A program made the position numbers and the translations under genes. The notes beneath the pieces are model-generated. The model was given only the letters and a program-made list of their open reading frames with translations. It made no database searches and was not told the DNA's origin. Of a stretch of 64,000 bases of DNA, positions 8,692 through 18,940 are shown in pieces. Each line of letters opens with the position of its first letter. The first letter of the stretch is position 1. This stretch comes from Nitrosopumilaceae archaeon (GTDB lineage Archaea > Thermoproteota > Nitrososphaeria > Nitrososphaerales > Nitrosopumilaceae), in NCBI GenBank assembly GCA_965208905.1, contig OZ242365.1, positions 864,001-928,000 on the forward strand. Direction: 5' to 3'.

Positions 8692-10309
8692 GGTTCCTCC
8701 TGCAAAGTCGGGTGATGTTACACCACCGCCATGCGGGATAGTCTGTCAGCCCAGTTGCTCCAGCAACCCTGTATGAGTGGTGTGGGATCGAGGATTACAT
8801 CCACGCCACGACGGACTTCGCCCAGACTGGCCGAAACCTGACGACCATATCGGGATACGGCACTTGTTCGCCGTATATTCTCCACTGCGTTGACGTCACG
8901 ATCTACGCCAACTATATGGCAGCGGGTGCAGTCTTTTCTATGATAAGTTCCAGTTAGTATGGTTCTGCACGCAGCACATAGCTTGGATGTGTTGTGTGGA
9001 CGCATATGTAATGCCTCCACTCCCAAAAACCGGGACTTTTCATAAATTAAATCCGATGCCTTTCGCATCATGGCAGAGTATAGCCTGCGACGCATACTGC
9101 GTCCAAACTTCCCATTCTTCTGCCAATTGTACGATATGTGGGTTAACTCCTCTAACATCACCAAGCATCCGGACTGTGCGGCCCACTGTGCAATGCATAG
9201 TGCTATCACGTTCAGCACATGTTCGTGGTGGCGCACGGCTTTGGCCACCCTGCGTTTTTTATCATTCTTTTTTGACTTTGTGTGGTTATGCTGTATGCTC
9301 AATATGCATCTGCTCATCTGCCTCTTTATCTCGGCGGCCCTCTTGTGTTTGCCCTCCCTTTTGAGTTTCCTGTATCTGCGTTTGAGTTTGCTGTGTAACT
9401 TATGACCACCATGTGTGACTTGTTGCTTTTCTCTGCGCTCCTCCTCTTTTTTGTGTACAACACGCCTTCCGGTACGTGCCGTATATGCGATATTATCATG
9501 TGTACGAGTATACGTATTGTTTGCATCCTCCGTCTTTGCCTCCTCAATGGCTTGTATGGTATCTGATAGATCAAACCGTACCATCGTGTTTTTATCACCT
9601 ACGGTGATGTTCTTTTCATTAATATCAACACCAATCACATCCTTTGGCGTGCCGCCCACATATCCCACATCCGTAAGCAACTCGATAATCTCCGATTTGC
9701 CGTGTGGGTGTGGCTTTTCAACCTCGGGCACTTTATTATGATATGTTATGGTGTATGTGGTCGGCGTAATCCACAACTCGCCCAACTCATTTTGCCCTAT
9801 TTTACGTACCGCATCTGGAGAGACGGGAATTGCTATCATGTGTCGGTGTTTTGACGAGCCAACATTTGCAACAGCCATATATCCACCCGCTATCGGATTC
9901 AGCCTCCAATTTTGGTTTTTCAGCTTTACCACTGGATTGCGAAACACGGGCTCAGATACCTTCATGCCCTGTGCAGCCTTTGTATTGCACGTTTTATGGG
10001 CGGCAACCCCGTCCCGTATGGCGGTCTGTGTTATAGATGAATGTACTTTGGGATCAGAACCGCGCATTGTACGATACATCAATGCGTTAACATCATAGGT
10101 ATTCCTCCCTGTATTATTCGCTATAATGTACGCCACTTCTGCTACCTTCCTGACATGTTCAAACACATGTCGCATGCCCAAATTTTTTGTGTATGGGCGT
10201 GTTATCGCCCTGCTATTTTTCACAAAAGCCATCATATAGTACGGTTTAATGACGTATTTAACGCTATCTAACAACACATCAACCATCTCCCGACTTTACA
10301 GGAGGAACC
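8692..10309 (-). mobile_element. Non-autonomous TIR element carrying tnpB, family A copy 1
   Basis: 21-bp TIRs GGTTCCTCCTGCAAAGTCGGG / GGTTCCTCCTGTAAAGTCGGG; TSD TTCAGATG at 8684-8691 and 10310-10317. Confidence 0.95.
8718..10286 (-). CDS. tnpB: TnpB-family nuclease (lineage A)
   Basis: GVDINE, VMLEEL, CAAC..CTRC, DRDVNAVENI. Confidence 0.9.
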   Translation of the reverse strand: MVDVLLDSVKYVIKPYYMMAFVKNSRAITRPYTKNLGMRHVFEHVRKVAEVAYIIANNTGRNTYDVNALMYRTMRGSDPKVHSSITQTAIRDGVAAHKTCNTKAAQGMKVSEPVFRNPVVKLKNQNWRLNPIAGGYMAVANVGSSKHRHMIAIPVSPDAVRKIGQNELGELWITPTTYTITYHNKVPEVEKPHPHGKSEIIELLTDVGYVGGTPKDVIGVDINEKNITVGDKNTMVRFDLSDTIQAIEEAKTEDANNTYTRTHDNIAYTARTGRRVVHKKEEERREKQQVTHGGHKLHSKLKRRYRKLKREGKHKRAAEIKRQMSRCILSIQHNHTKSKKNDKKRRVAKAVRHHEHVLNVIALCIAQWAAQSGCLVMLEELTHISYNWQKNGKFGRSMRRRLYSAMMRKASDLIYEKSRFLGVEALHMRPHNTSKLCAACRTILTGTYHRKDCTRCHIVGVDRDVNAVENIRRTSAVSRYGRQVSASLGEVRRGVDVILDPTPLIQGCWSNWADRLSRMAVV

Positions 10310-10351
10310 TTCAGATGTAAGCTATTTAGTAGTGTGCATATTGTCTGAATC

Positions 10352-12184
10352 ATGGAAAGGGCAAAACGAGTGGTTGTCGATACCAGCGTTATAGTAAACA
10401 GTCGGCTATTGAACCGTGTTGAATCAGGTGATATGCGTAACTATGAGATAATAATACCGCAGGTGGTACTTGATGAACTATATGCGCAGGCCAACAACCA
10501 TCGCCAGCAGGGGTGGGCAGGCCTTGGGACACTTCAACAACTATTTGAATTGTCCTCAGATGCTGGTATTACCGTCACCATACATGGTAATCACGCAACA
10601 GCCGAAGATCTGGAGCTGTCCAGTAGCGGCAGACTGGACAATCTCATAAACGATACTGCAAAACGACTTCGGGCAACACTATACACATCAGATAACCTTC
10701 AGCACCTCGCGGCGCGCGCGACAGGCATGGATGCAATCCTCCTTCCACCTGACACCGAATCTGTGGACATGGAGTTTCCCAAATACTTTGATTCAGATAC
10801 GATGAGTGTGCACCTAAAAGAGAATATGGCTCCTGTGGCCAAAAGAGGAGGCCCCGGCTCATTTATAATGGTCTCACTAGACAGCGCCCCCCTGACACAC
10901 GTGGATTTGGAGCGAATAGCCTCTAAAATAGTAGATGCCACTCGAAGTTCCAATGGAATAATTGAGATAGAAAAGCCCGGAGCCACCGTCGTACAATACG
11001 AAGATTACAGAATCGCAATAACCCGACCACCATTCTCAGAAGCAATAGAGATAACAATTGTACATCCACTAGTCAATCTATCTTTGAATGACTATGATGT
11101 ATCTGATGAACTGATGGAGCGGTTTGCTGATACTGCAGAGGGTGTGGTGGTGGCCGGCCCGCCGGGCTCTGGTAAGTCCACATTGGCATCAAGTTTGGCC
11201 GACTTTTACAGTGCGAAGGGTCGTATAGTCAAGACATTTGAATCTCCTAGAGACCTACAAGTGAGCTCCAATATCACACAATATGCTAAATTAGATGGCA
11301 GTTTTGAAAACTCTGCAGACATACTTCTCTTGGTAAGGCCTGACTGTACCATATTTGATGAGGTGCGCCGGCGTGAGGACTTTGAAACGTTCACTGATCT
11401 TCGACTTGCTGGTGTAGGGATGGTGGGAGTAGTACATGCTAACTCGCCCATGGATGGCATTCAAAGATTCATTGGGAAGGTGGATTTGGGAATAATCCCA
11501 AGCGTATTGGATACTGTAGTGTTTGTTCAGGATGGTGGTATTGAAAAAGTCTATGAGCTGGACCTGAAGGTAAAAGTACCTTCTGGCATGATAGAGGCAG
11601 ATTTGGCACGACCAGTCATCGAGGTTCGCGACTTTACAACCAAGGCACTGGAACACGAAATTTACACGTTTGGTCAGGAGAATGTTATAGTGCCGGTGTT
11701 AGATGGCCATACAAAGGGTATAGGTGGACTTGCCGAAGACAAGATACGCTCAATGTTTGAGCGATACGACCCCAATGTGGCCGTAGAGATACTCTCTGAT
11801 AGTCGTGTCGTGGTTCGCGTGGCAAAGGATCGTATACCCAGCGTTATAGGACGCCGAGGCTCTAACATCAGTGATTTGGAACGAAAGTTGGGAATATCCA
11901 TAGATGTGGAGGCGCGAGATAACGAATCAATTGTTGATGGTCTTGAAGTGCCTACCAGCTTTTCAGAGTCCAAGACCGCCTTGTTGCTGGATGTGGGCTC
12001 ACAATATGCTTCCATGTCCGCTACAGTCTTTGTCGATAATACGCCTCTGACATCCAGGCGGGTGGGGCGCAAGGGTCAAATAAAACTACCAAAGAGATCC
12101 GAAGCTGCGCGGCGTTTTATAGATATGGTCTCTGAAGATGGAGATATTCGCGTGATTGTTAAAGACGCCCAAACTCCTCAATAA
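10352..12184 (+). CDS. PIN-domain / P-loop ATPase / KH-domain protein (PINA-like)
   Basis: N-terminal VVDTS PIN, Walker A GPPGSGKST, FDEVR, KH IGRRGSNI. Confidence 0.88.
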   Translation: MERAKRVVVDTSVIVNSRLLNRVESGDMRNYEIIIPQVVLDELYAQANNHRQQGWAGLGTLQQLFELSSDAGITVTIHGNHATAEDLELSSSGRLDNLINDTAKRLRATLYTSDNLQHLAARATGMDAILLPPDTESVDMEFPKYFDSDTMSVHLKENMAPVAKRGGPGSFIMVSLDSAPLTHVDLERIASKIVDATRSSNGIIEIEKPGATVVQYEDYRIAITRPPFSEAIEITIVHPLVNLSLNDYDVSDELMERFADTAEGVVVAGPPGSGKSTLASSLADFYSAKGRIVKTFESPRDLQVSSNITQYAKLDGSFENSADILLLVRPDCTIFDEVRRREDFETFTDLRLAGVGMVGVVHANSPMDGIQRFIGKVDLGIIPSVLDTVVFVQDGGIEKVYELDLKVKVPSGMIEADLARPVIEVRDFTTKALEHEIYTFGQENVIVPVLDGHTKGIGGLAEDKIRSMFERYDPNVAVEILSDSRVVVRVAKDRIPSVIGRRGSNISDLERKLGISIDVEARDNESIVDGLEVPTSFSESKTALLLDVGSQYASMSATVFVDNTPLTSRRVGRKGQIKLPKRSEAARRFIDMVSEDGDIRVIVKDAQTPQ

Positions 12185-12620
12185 TTTTTGGGTTTGCCTT
12201 TAAATACGTGATGAACTTTCGTAACTGAAATACAGTCTCCGGGTTCAAATGGTGTTCTATACCCTCGGCATCCTGATTTGCGGCATCACCAGTTATGCCC
12301 AACATATCAAAGAACTCCAACAGAGTACCATGCCTCTGTCGTATGGAGTCGGCCAACTTGCGTCCTTTGTTAGTCAAGTTTATGCCATGGTACTTTTCAT
12401 ACTTTAGAAAGCCGCCCTCATCCAATCGATGTAGCATCTTGGTGACACTAGGCGCACTTACATTCATGTATCTGGATATGTCCAAAGTGGTGGCATATCC
12501 TTTTAGTTCTACAAGCTCTGCCATCACCTCTAGATAGTCTTCCATACGGGGACTTGAATCTCGACGGCCCACGCCATGTGCAGCACGAATGGAATCTAAT
12601 CTGCTAACATCCGGCGGCAT
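12159..12620 (-). CDS. DtxR/MntR metal-dependent regulator
   Basis: MEDYLE, VSAPSVTKML, DAEGIEHH; start placed at MPPDV. Confidence 0.87.
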   Translation of the reverse strand: MPPDVSRLDSIRAAHGVGRRDSSPRMEDYLEVMAELVELKGYATTLDISRYMNVSAPSVTKMLHRLDEGGFLKYEKYHGINLTNKGRKLADSIRQRHGTLLEFFDMLGITGDAANQDAEGIEHHLNPETVFQLRKFITYLKANPKIIEEFGRL

Positions 12621-12710
12621 AATACTAATACGTCTACACCATATTAAAGAGCTCCATTTGTTATACCTGCACAGGATACGATTTTTAATGGCATTGCACA
12701 ACGTGTAGTA

Positions 12711-13202
12711 ATGGCCACCCGAATGCAAGTACTAATACCCGTGGCTGCCGCCGCCGTAATAGTTGGTGTGGTTGGCATAATATCCATACCAGCAGATACC
12801 AAGATGGACTTTGCTGAATTTCCACAAGGTACCATACGGGTAGATGATGTTGTAGTTCAGGTGCAGATAGCTGATACAGAGCCACGCCGCGTACTAGGCC
12901 TAATGCATCAAAACGAACTCCCATATGATCAGGGAATGATATTCATATTTGACTCTGTAGGGCAATACAGTCTGTGGATGCGTAACGTACAGTTTCCCTT
13001 GGATATGATATGGTTTGATGAAGATGGTGTTGTGGTCCACATCGAAGAACGTGTACCTCCATGTCTTACCGCCTTGGAAGCCATGACCTGCCCGTCCATT
13101 GCCCCGGAAGTTGATGCGCTATACATACTTGAGGCCACCGGTGGTTTTGTCGAGCTGCACAATATACAGTTGGGCTCGCAGCTATACCTGATATCAGTAT
13201 AA
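12711..13202 (+). CDS. DUF192 family protein
   Basis: GLM..GMIFIF..WMRNVQFPLDMIW..YILE; N-terminal TM helix. Confidence 0.85.
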   Translation: MATRMQVLIPVAAAAVIVGVVGIISIPADTKMDFAEFPQGTIRVDDVVVQVQIADTEPRRVLGLMHQNELPYDQGMIFIFDSVGQYSLWMRNVQFPLDMIWFDEDGVVVHIEERVPPCLTALEAMTCPSIAPEVDALYILEATGGFVELHNIQLGSQLYLISV

Positions 13203-13207
13203 CTAAT

Positions 13208-13413
13208 GGAAATTACATCTCTAAGTAAACATGACCACTCTTTCGAGTGATGTTGGCGCCGGGTGCTGTCCGTGAGGGACAATTCCCACGCCATCCAAGG
13301 GGGCTCTGATGAGACGTTCTTTGTTGGTCAGGTTTTGACGCCCGACCTTTGGACAACTTGTGCCGGCCATCACATCACCAACGGCACTGGATATAGTGAG
13401 TGTCACGAGATGT
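13208..13413 (-). mobile_element. 3'-end remnant of a tnpB/TIR element (putative omegaRNA region plus TIR)
   Basis: Terminus GGAAATTACATCTCTAAGTAAAC resembles the 51398 TIR GGGAATTACATCTTTAAGTGAAC; reading frame ends VMFT* like HVFT* of 49946 TnpB; interior homologous to 38576-38715. Confidence 0.7.
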
Positions 13414-13422
13414 CTGCAACAC

Positions 13423-15145
13423 GGGTATGTCCCACTAGTATAAAGCCACTGGAGTCTCCTCCGGCAGCGCTACACCAGCAGCACAATTGGATACATCCAG
13501 GTGGTCGTCCAGGGACGGTAAATCATCACCCACGCGTAGTGAGTTCATCACCTCCCCTTTAGGCCGCCGCCCTTCACCGTCCTGCGGAAACCACAAGACG
13601 GTAGCATCCAACAACCGTTGGACGCACTGCTCCCAATCCCCGGCCACCCACCGATTAGAATCGGCTGCCGGTTCACAGTATTTGAGGATGCCGCGCCATA
13701 CAATATTGATGGCTGCGACATCATCCCTGTCGATATGGTATAAACAAATCTCACACCCTTTAATACGCCTCCATTCCTCCCATATTTTCGTGTCGTACTT
13801 TGGTTCCCACAACGCTTTCTTACAGGTAGGGCAAGTAGAACTAGTACCCTTAGCAACGACACCAATCACGGGAAGACCATGCTTTCCGTATACGCTTTTA
13901 GCCACCGCCCATATCGTACCCTGACTCCGCCCCATCTTCAACAAGTCGCGCGTCTCGTTTGACATCTGTTTGTTACTCTTTTTCATCATCCTGTCGATGG
14001 TTGGCTCCTCCAACACCAACACAAAGCCCAACGCGGCCAACCTGTACATCAGCTTGAACAGCCAGTCCTTCTTTTGGTTGTTGTATCTGGTGTTTATGCG
14101 GGCGCGTTCGCGACGACTAACTCTCTCATCTCGCCGCTTGTTCTTTGGCTTGCGGCCTGCATGTTTGATGTGCTTTGGCAGAGTACGCCTCCCTTTCTTT
14201 GGTTTTTGGGCTTGTTTACTCTTCGGTTTGCCACCAGTCATGCCTAGGTTGGCGTGTTTCTGCCGTCGTGTCTAAGCGGCTTCAAGCGCCCATTTGGAAT
14301 GCGTTTTACATTACCGTCGGTGTCAACCGTTACATGCTGTACTTTGTTGACATCCATACCCATCATACCTTTGGCCTGCACTGGTGTGGTTGGTTGTGGT
14401 TCATACGCGATGGATACCGTTTTGTCATTTATGGTAACCGCCCCCACACTTACGGCAGTAGCCAACTTTTCTACCATGTACGGCGTGAGTTGTATCTCCA
14501 CGGTGTGTTTATGTGGTGTGATGGGAAACCGCAACACCACGTATGGTGATACCTGTAGGGGTTGATTCGGTGCGTCAGATAACCTACATCGGAAACCTTG
14601 ACCATATATCCGACAAGACCCAGCATTCTGCCGCAGTACTGGACTTGTACACTTTGGCCGCCGCGCGTTGGGGTCTTGCGCACGCCTCTTGTAGTATGCA
14701 CGCATCTTAGCCTCACACTCATCTTTCATGGTTAACGCGAACTGCGCCATGTATTTGTTGTCGCGGTGCTTGAGCAGTCTGTATATGTTCTTGGCTCTGA
14801 CATCATACTCTTCTAACTCATCTTCACTATACGCTTCCCGTACTTTTGGAAAATCCCTGATCAATTCGGACCAAAGACGGTATCCCAGCCCAGTCTTATG
14901 TCCTGCATATTGTAAGGCGGATTCCAGTATATCATCTGGGTCGTATTTGGGCGGTCTACGAGATCCTGTCAGTTCACAAAACTTTGCAGGATGGTATATC
15001 TTACCGTGTGGCATTGCTACTGCTACGGTGTCACCACATCGTCTTTTCATAGAGTACTATACTATGTTTTACTATTTAATATTTGATTACCGTTATTGGC
15101 ATACACCATTCACTGTTTTTGGATATTTACCTGCGGGACACACCC
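13423..15145 (-). mobile_element. Non-autonomous TIR element carrying disrupted tnpB (TIR family GGGTRTGTCCC)
   Basis: Imperfect 26-bp TIRs GGGTATGTCCCACTAGTATAAAGCCA / GGGTGTGTCCCGCAGGTAAATATCCA (19/26); 9-bp TSD CTGCAACAC at 13414-13422 and 15146-15154. Confidence 0.85.
13435..15050 (-). pseudogene. tnpB: TnpB-family nuclease split by frameshift/stop near 14240-14295 (lineage 2)
   Basis: 5' ORF has GMDVN (RuvC-I); 3' ORF has LVLEE, CPTC..CEIC, DRDDVAAINI. Confidence 0.85.
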
Positions 15146-15188
15146 CTGCAACACCAAAGAATTTATTTTGATTTCATAATTAGAAAAC

Positions 15189-15836
15189 ATGAGACGCAGT
15201 ATACTGATTACAATAATTATTTTGATTGGTGTGAGCATGTCTGCTCTTGTTTTGATATATAATTTGGGCCAACAACCTGAAATTGAAATACAAGCATCAG
15301 AGTCGTATATCTGCGCGGATGATTTGACTGAGAGTGAACTATCTGTAACACCCTTATCGTATGATGATAACAACTTGATTCGGTCTGCGCTCGAAAGACA
15401 CGATATACAGATGTCCTCATCACTAGAGTTTTCTGGCGAAAAGGCTGCAGAATTTTGCTCGTTCTTTGCAGATGGCACTGTACCCGTATACTGCACATCT
15501 ACCGAACTCGTACAGAGTGGTGAATTTTTGGGCAACGTCCACATGGTGGGTACGACTGATGAGCCCTCTGCTGTGTTGGGGGTTGTACGATCTGACACCA
15601 TACCTTCTGGTGTACATACCGTGACTGCTGTAGCTGATTCGATTATTGGAAGTGTATTTGAGTGCACAGGTGGCACATCCGCCCTCTGGATAGAGCAGTT
15701 ATCGGATAGACATACAAGAGAGAGTACTATGGCCACAAAGTCCACTATCGATGGTCTACCAACACCGGTCTTGTTGGAGCTGACCGGCTCATCTGGCAAC
15801 TATTTATGGACAATTTTGATTGGTAACACTCCATGA
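15189..15836 (+). CDS. Membrane-anchored hypothetical protein
   Basis: 215-aa ORF with N-terminal hydrophobic helix; overlaps next gene start. Confidence 0.7.
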   Translation: MRRSILITIIILIGVSMSALVLIYNLGQQPEIEIQASESYICADDLTESELSVTPLSYDDNNLIRSALERHDIQMSSSLEFSGEKAAEFCSFFADGTVPVYCTSTELVQSGEFLGNVHMVGTTDEPSAVLGVVRSDTIPSGVHTVTAVADSIIGSVFECTGGTSALWIEQLSDRHTRESTMATKSTIDGLPTPVLLELTGSSGNYLWTILIGNTP

Positions 15837-16678
15837 TACAGTGGATTATCATATTACTCGTTATTGGATTGCTGATTTTAGCCGCACTCTTTGGTGGTTC
15901 AGCACTGGTACCCGACGTGCAGACTGCCGTATTCTTTGTGTTCCTGGCAACTGCAGCTAGTACATTGGCATCTATAGCGGGTCTGGGAGGCGGCCTTGTC
16001 ATAATACCCATACTGATATTTCTGGGACTATCGCCTCCGGTTGCCGCCTTTGGCAGTCTTGCCGCCACAATGTCCAACGCAACCGCCTCAAGTCTGATAT
16101 ATGGACGACAAAGACGCATAGAGTACAAGGAAGCTCTGAAACTGGGCATGATAGCCATACCTGGCAGTATATTGGGCGCCATACTATCAAAGGATGCCGA
16201 GGTTGGCTCTTACAGCATACTTTTAGCTACTATTCTAATATCTGCAGGTGTCTATGTGTATATCCGTCCCCGTCTGCGCAACCGTCCACATCCGGGAACC
16301 CCCATCTTTTTGACACTCTCTGCAGGTACCAGCTTCCTTGCAGGTTTGGTCTCTTCGTACTTTGGAATAGGTGGAGGTGTGGTCTTTATTCCATTATTGG
16401 TGATGCTATACGGCATGAGCGTAATGCGTGCAGCCCCCACATCCATAATGGCACTTTTGTTGACCTCCATAGCTGGGATAACTACTCATGGTGTATTGGG
16501 TAATACCGATGCTATACTGGCGTTACTGTTATCTGCAGGAGGATTGTTGGGCGGCATGACCGGAGCCAAACTCTCACTGGAGGTAGGTGAAAAGTACGCC
16601 CGAGTGTTGGTGATGGCGACCATGACTGTCACGGCCATCATGATGATATGGAATAGTGCTGCCCCTGATACTGCCTAA
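15833..16678 (+). CDS. TauE/SafE (TSUP) family membrane protein
   Basis: GLGGGLVIIP and GIGGGVVFIP repeats, multiple TM helices. Confidence 0.85.
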   Translation: MIQWIIILLVIGLLILAALFGGSALVPDVQTAVFFVFLATAASTLASIAGLGGGLVIIPILIFLGLSPPVAAFGSLAATMSNATASSLIYGRQRRIEYKEALKLGMIAIPGSILGAILSKDAEVGSYSILLATILISAGVYVYIRPRLRNRPHPGTPIFLTLSAGTSFLAGLVSSYFGIGGGVVFIPLLVMLYGMSVMRAAPTSIMALLLTSIAGITTHGVLGNTDAILALLLSAGGLLGGMTGAKLSLEVGEKYARVLVMATMTVTAIMMIWNSAAPDTA

Positions 16679-16944
16679 GAGAATTATGTGCCAAAGTTTG
16701 ATGTTTTCATTATACTTGATGTTGCGGGTCGATTTTGCGCCATATTTATCACATAACTATATGATATCTGGCACTACTTTGTCCCCATCAAAGCTCTAAG
16801 TTTGCATCTTTCAAGCAAACACCCGCCGCTGTGGGAACCATGTCGAATGGTTTTCTATTAGTGTAGCCATTATAACAGCACATATACTATGTTAGCCGTA
16901 ATAACCAAACCATTCGTCTGACAGCTAACTTTGTATCTAGATTC

Positions 16945-18690
16945 CTATCTAGATTCATCCACGTTAAATATAACCTCGCCAGAGTGACGTGCGTCATCTG
17001 ACAGCGAATAGTCTAAAACTTTGGCTATCTCATGGTGGTTTGGCTCAGATCCAGATGTGGTTCCTGGTAATACTGTAAATACCCGCGCATTTGACTTTAA
17101 CACATCGCTGAGCTCCTGATTTATGGTTGTTGTAAACGGCCTCAGACTTCCCCGAAATATCTCAACTTTGGCTCGCTCTGCGCCGGATATCTTTCTGCCT
17201 TGGGGAAGACTGGGACCCACTATCAGTATGCTGCCGTCTGCCCCTGCAAATTTGCGAGGATCTCCACCTCCACCCGGCACAAAGTACTCTAAAGCCTCCT
17301 GTACGGTCTTAGCCGGTCGATTGATGAATTTATCCACTAACCCATCCCACTCTGCTCGACTCATCTGTGTAATCTTATCGATATCTGGCAAGTCTCCGGT
17401 TATGTGTACTATGGAGCGTATATCTCCCATCTTTATGGCCGCAGTACCAAACCATCTACGTAACTGCGCAGTATCATCCATGTCTATGTAATGTGAGTGG
17501 AACTCACTTAGTGTGTCTGATATGGATTTGGGCGTGGACTCTGGCATGAGCAGTACCACCTTGCCTCCAAACTTTATGATGTGTTGTGCTAATGTAACTA
17601 CTCTCTGCACATCTGCATCTTTGGTGGGGTCTAGGACAATGACAACACAACTGCCACTGTAGTCAGCCGTCGCCGGAGGAGTGCGATTACATACATGCGG
17701 CCTTACTGGATAAAATACACGGTCTCCGGGTATGACTTTGCCATTTACAATCTCCCCTATACTGTCATCACAGAGATTAAGTACAGTCTCTGCCACCTGC
17801 CTCTGAGATAGAAACTGTCTGTCTGCGATCATATGTGATGTGTTCTTCTGTATCTTTTCGGCTATACTCTGTATCTTTTGGAGCATTCTACGTAGTACAT
17901 CTGCATCGACGTTTAGAGTCTCTGCAGCATTGTCTATGCCACTCTTTATTATGGACTCATCCTCTCCTAGCAGTGGCAGTATCTGCTTACTTGCCTCTTC
18001 TACCTGCTGAGGCACTAAACCCTCAAATCCGCTCACTCTCATAAATTCAGCCGCTGCCTTGGGATACACTGTCTTGTATATGCGATCCGAATGTACCGGG
18101 CCTGGGTTTGTAGCTATTGATATGATTCCATCGCCCACCAACTCCCATGACATTGCCTCGGCCAATCGATTTTTGGCCCCCTGTGATGCAGTATATGGTC
18201 CCCGGAATCGATAAGGACGCTGCTCCAGCGGCCTCTCTTCAGTAAAGAATGTAGATATGGTGATTATCTTGCCTCCCCTCTTCATGCATTGTAGGCCACA
18301 TACGGAACCCCAAAATGTACCTGTTAGGTGTATTGCCACAGTCCCCGTAAAGTCATCCATACTCGCATTGGGAAAACATGTTACGGGACCTGAGACACCT
18401 GCATTATTCACAATATAGTCTACTGTGACACCATCAGCCTTTAGTGTACTATACATATCAGATATGTCTTCCTCATTACTGACATCAACACCTGGGAATA
18501 TTCTGACACCGGCCCCACTCTTACTTTTATCAATTATCTGTTGCAGCTCGGAGGCCGCCTCGACTAATGGCTCCTTACGTCTGCCCAGAATTATTACGCT
18601 GGCGCCCTGCTCTACAAACGCCGTGGCTATGGCCTTGCCGATCCCAGTTCCACTTCCAGTAATGAGGGCAGTCTTTTGCAGAAACTTCAC
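16945..18690 (-). CDS. Two-domain SDR family oxidoreductase
   Basis: TGSGTGIG Rossmann, NNAG, NPGPV; second degenerate SDR domain. Confidence 0.85.
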   Translation of the reverse strand: MKFLQKTALITGSGTGIGKAIATAFVEQGASVIILGRRKEPLVEAASELQQIIDKSKSGAGVRIFPGVDVSNEEDISDMYSTLKADGVTVDYIVNNAGVSGPVTCFPNASMDDFTGTVAIHLTGTFWGSVCGLQCMKRGGKIITISTFFTEERPLEQRPYRFRGPYTASQGAKNRLAEAMSWELVGDGIISIATNPGPVHSDRIYKTVYPKAAAEFMRVSGFEGLVPQQVEEASKQILPLLGEDESIIKSGIDNAAETLNVDADVLRRMLQKIQSIAEKIQKNTSHMIADRQFLSQRQVAETVLNLCDDSIGEIVNGKVIPGDRVFYPVRPHVCNRTPPATADYSGSCVVIVLDPTKDADVQRVVTLAQHIIKFGGKVVLLMPESTPKSISDTLSEFHSHYIDMDDTAQLRRWFGTAAIKMGDIRSIVHITGDLPDIDKITQMSRAEWDGLVDKFINRPAKTVQEALEYFVPGGGGDPRKFAGADGSILIVGPSLPQGRKISGAERAKVEIFRGSLRPFTTTINQELSDVLKSNARVFTVLPGTTSGSEPNHHEIAKVLDYSLSDDARHSGEVIFNVDESR

Positions 18691-18737
18691 GATTTACCAC
18701 ATTTTATTACATTATTTAATTTTGCGATGTTCAACTC

Positions 18738-18782
18738 GGGAATCATATACATGAGTAATGTTTACTCATGCATATAATTCCC
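18738..18782. mobile_element. 45-bp palindromic mini-MITE (TIR-TGT-TIR), GGGAAT family
   Basis: GGGAATCATATACATGAGTAA-TGT-TTACTCATGCATATAATTCCC; flanks TTCAACTC / TTCCACTC (8 bp, 1 mismatch). Confidence 0.82.
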
Positions 18783-18940
18783 TTCCACTCCAGCAAAGAT
18801 AGATTATAACCAAGACCAGAGTTGTGACCAGCTAAATGTCATTACTTATGATGCCCAGCACAATACATCTGAAATATAGTCATATCTCTCTGCAAGAATC
18901 CATCAGATACTTTATTTATGGTGGTTTGAGTATTGTCTAT

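Noticed and set aside
8987-10271. Antisense ORFs recurring in all family A copies
   Set aside because: Shadows of the tnpB frame, repeated only because the element is repeated; breakpoints vary between copies.
16679-16940. Possible old GGGAATTA-family MITE (GAGAATTATGTGCCAAAGTT ... AACTTTGTATCTAGATTCC)
   Set aside because: Ends too degenerate and no convincing TSD.
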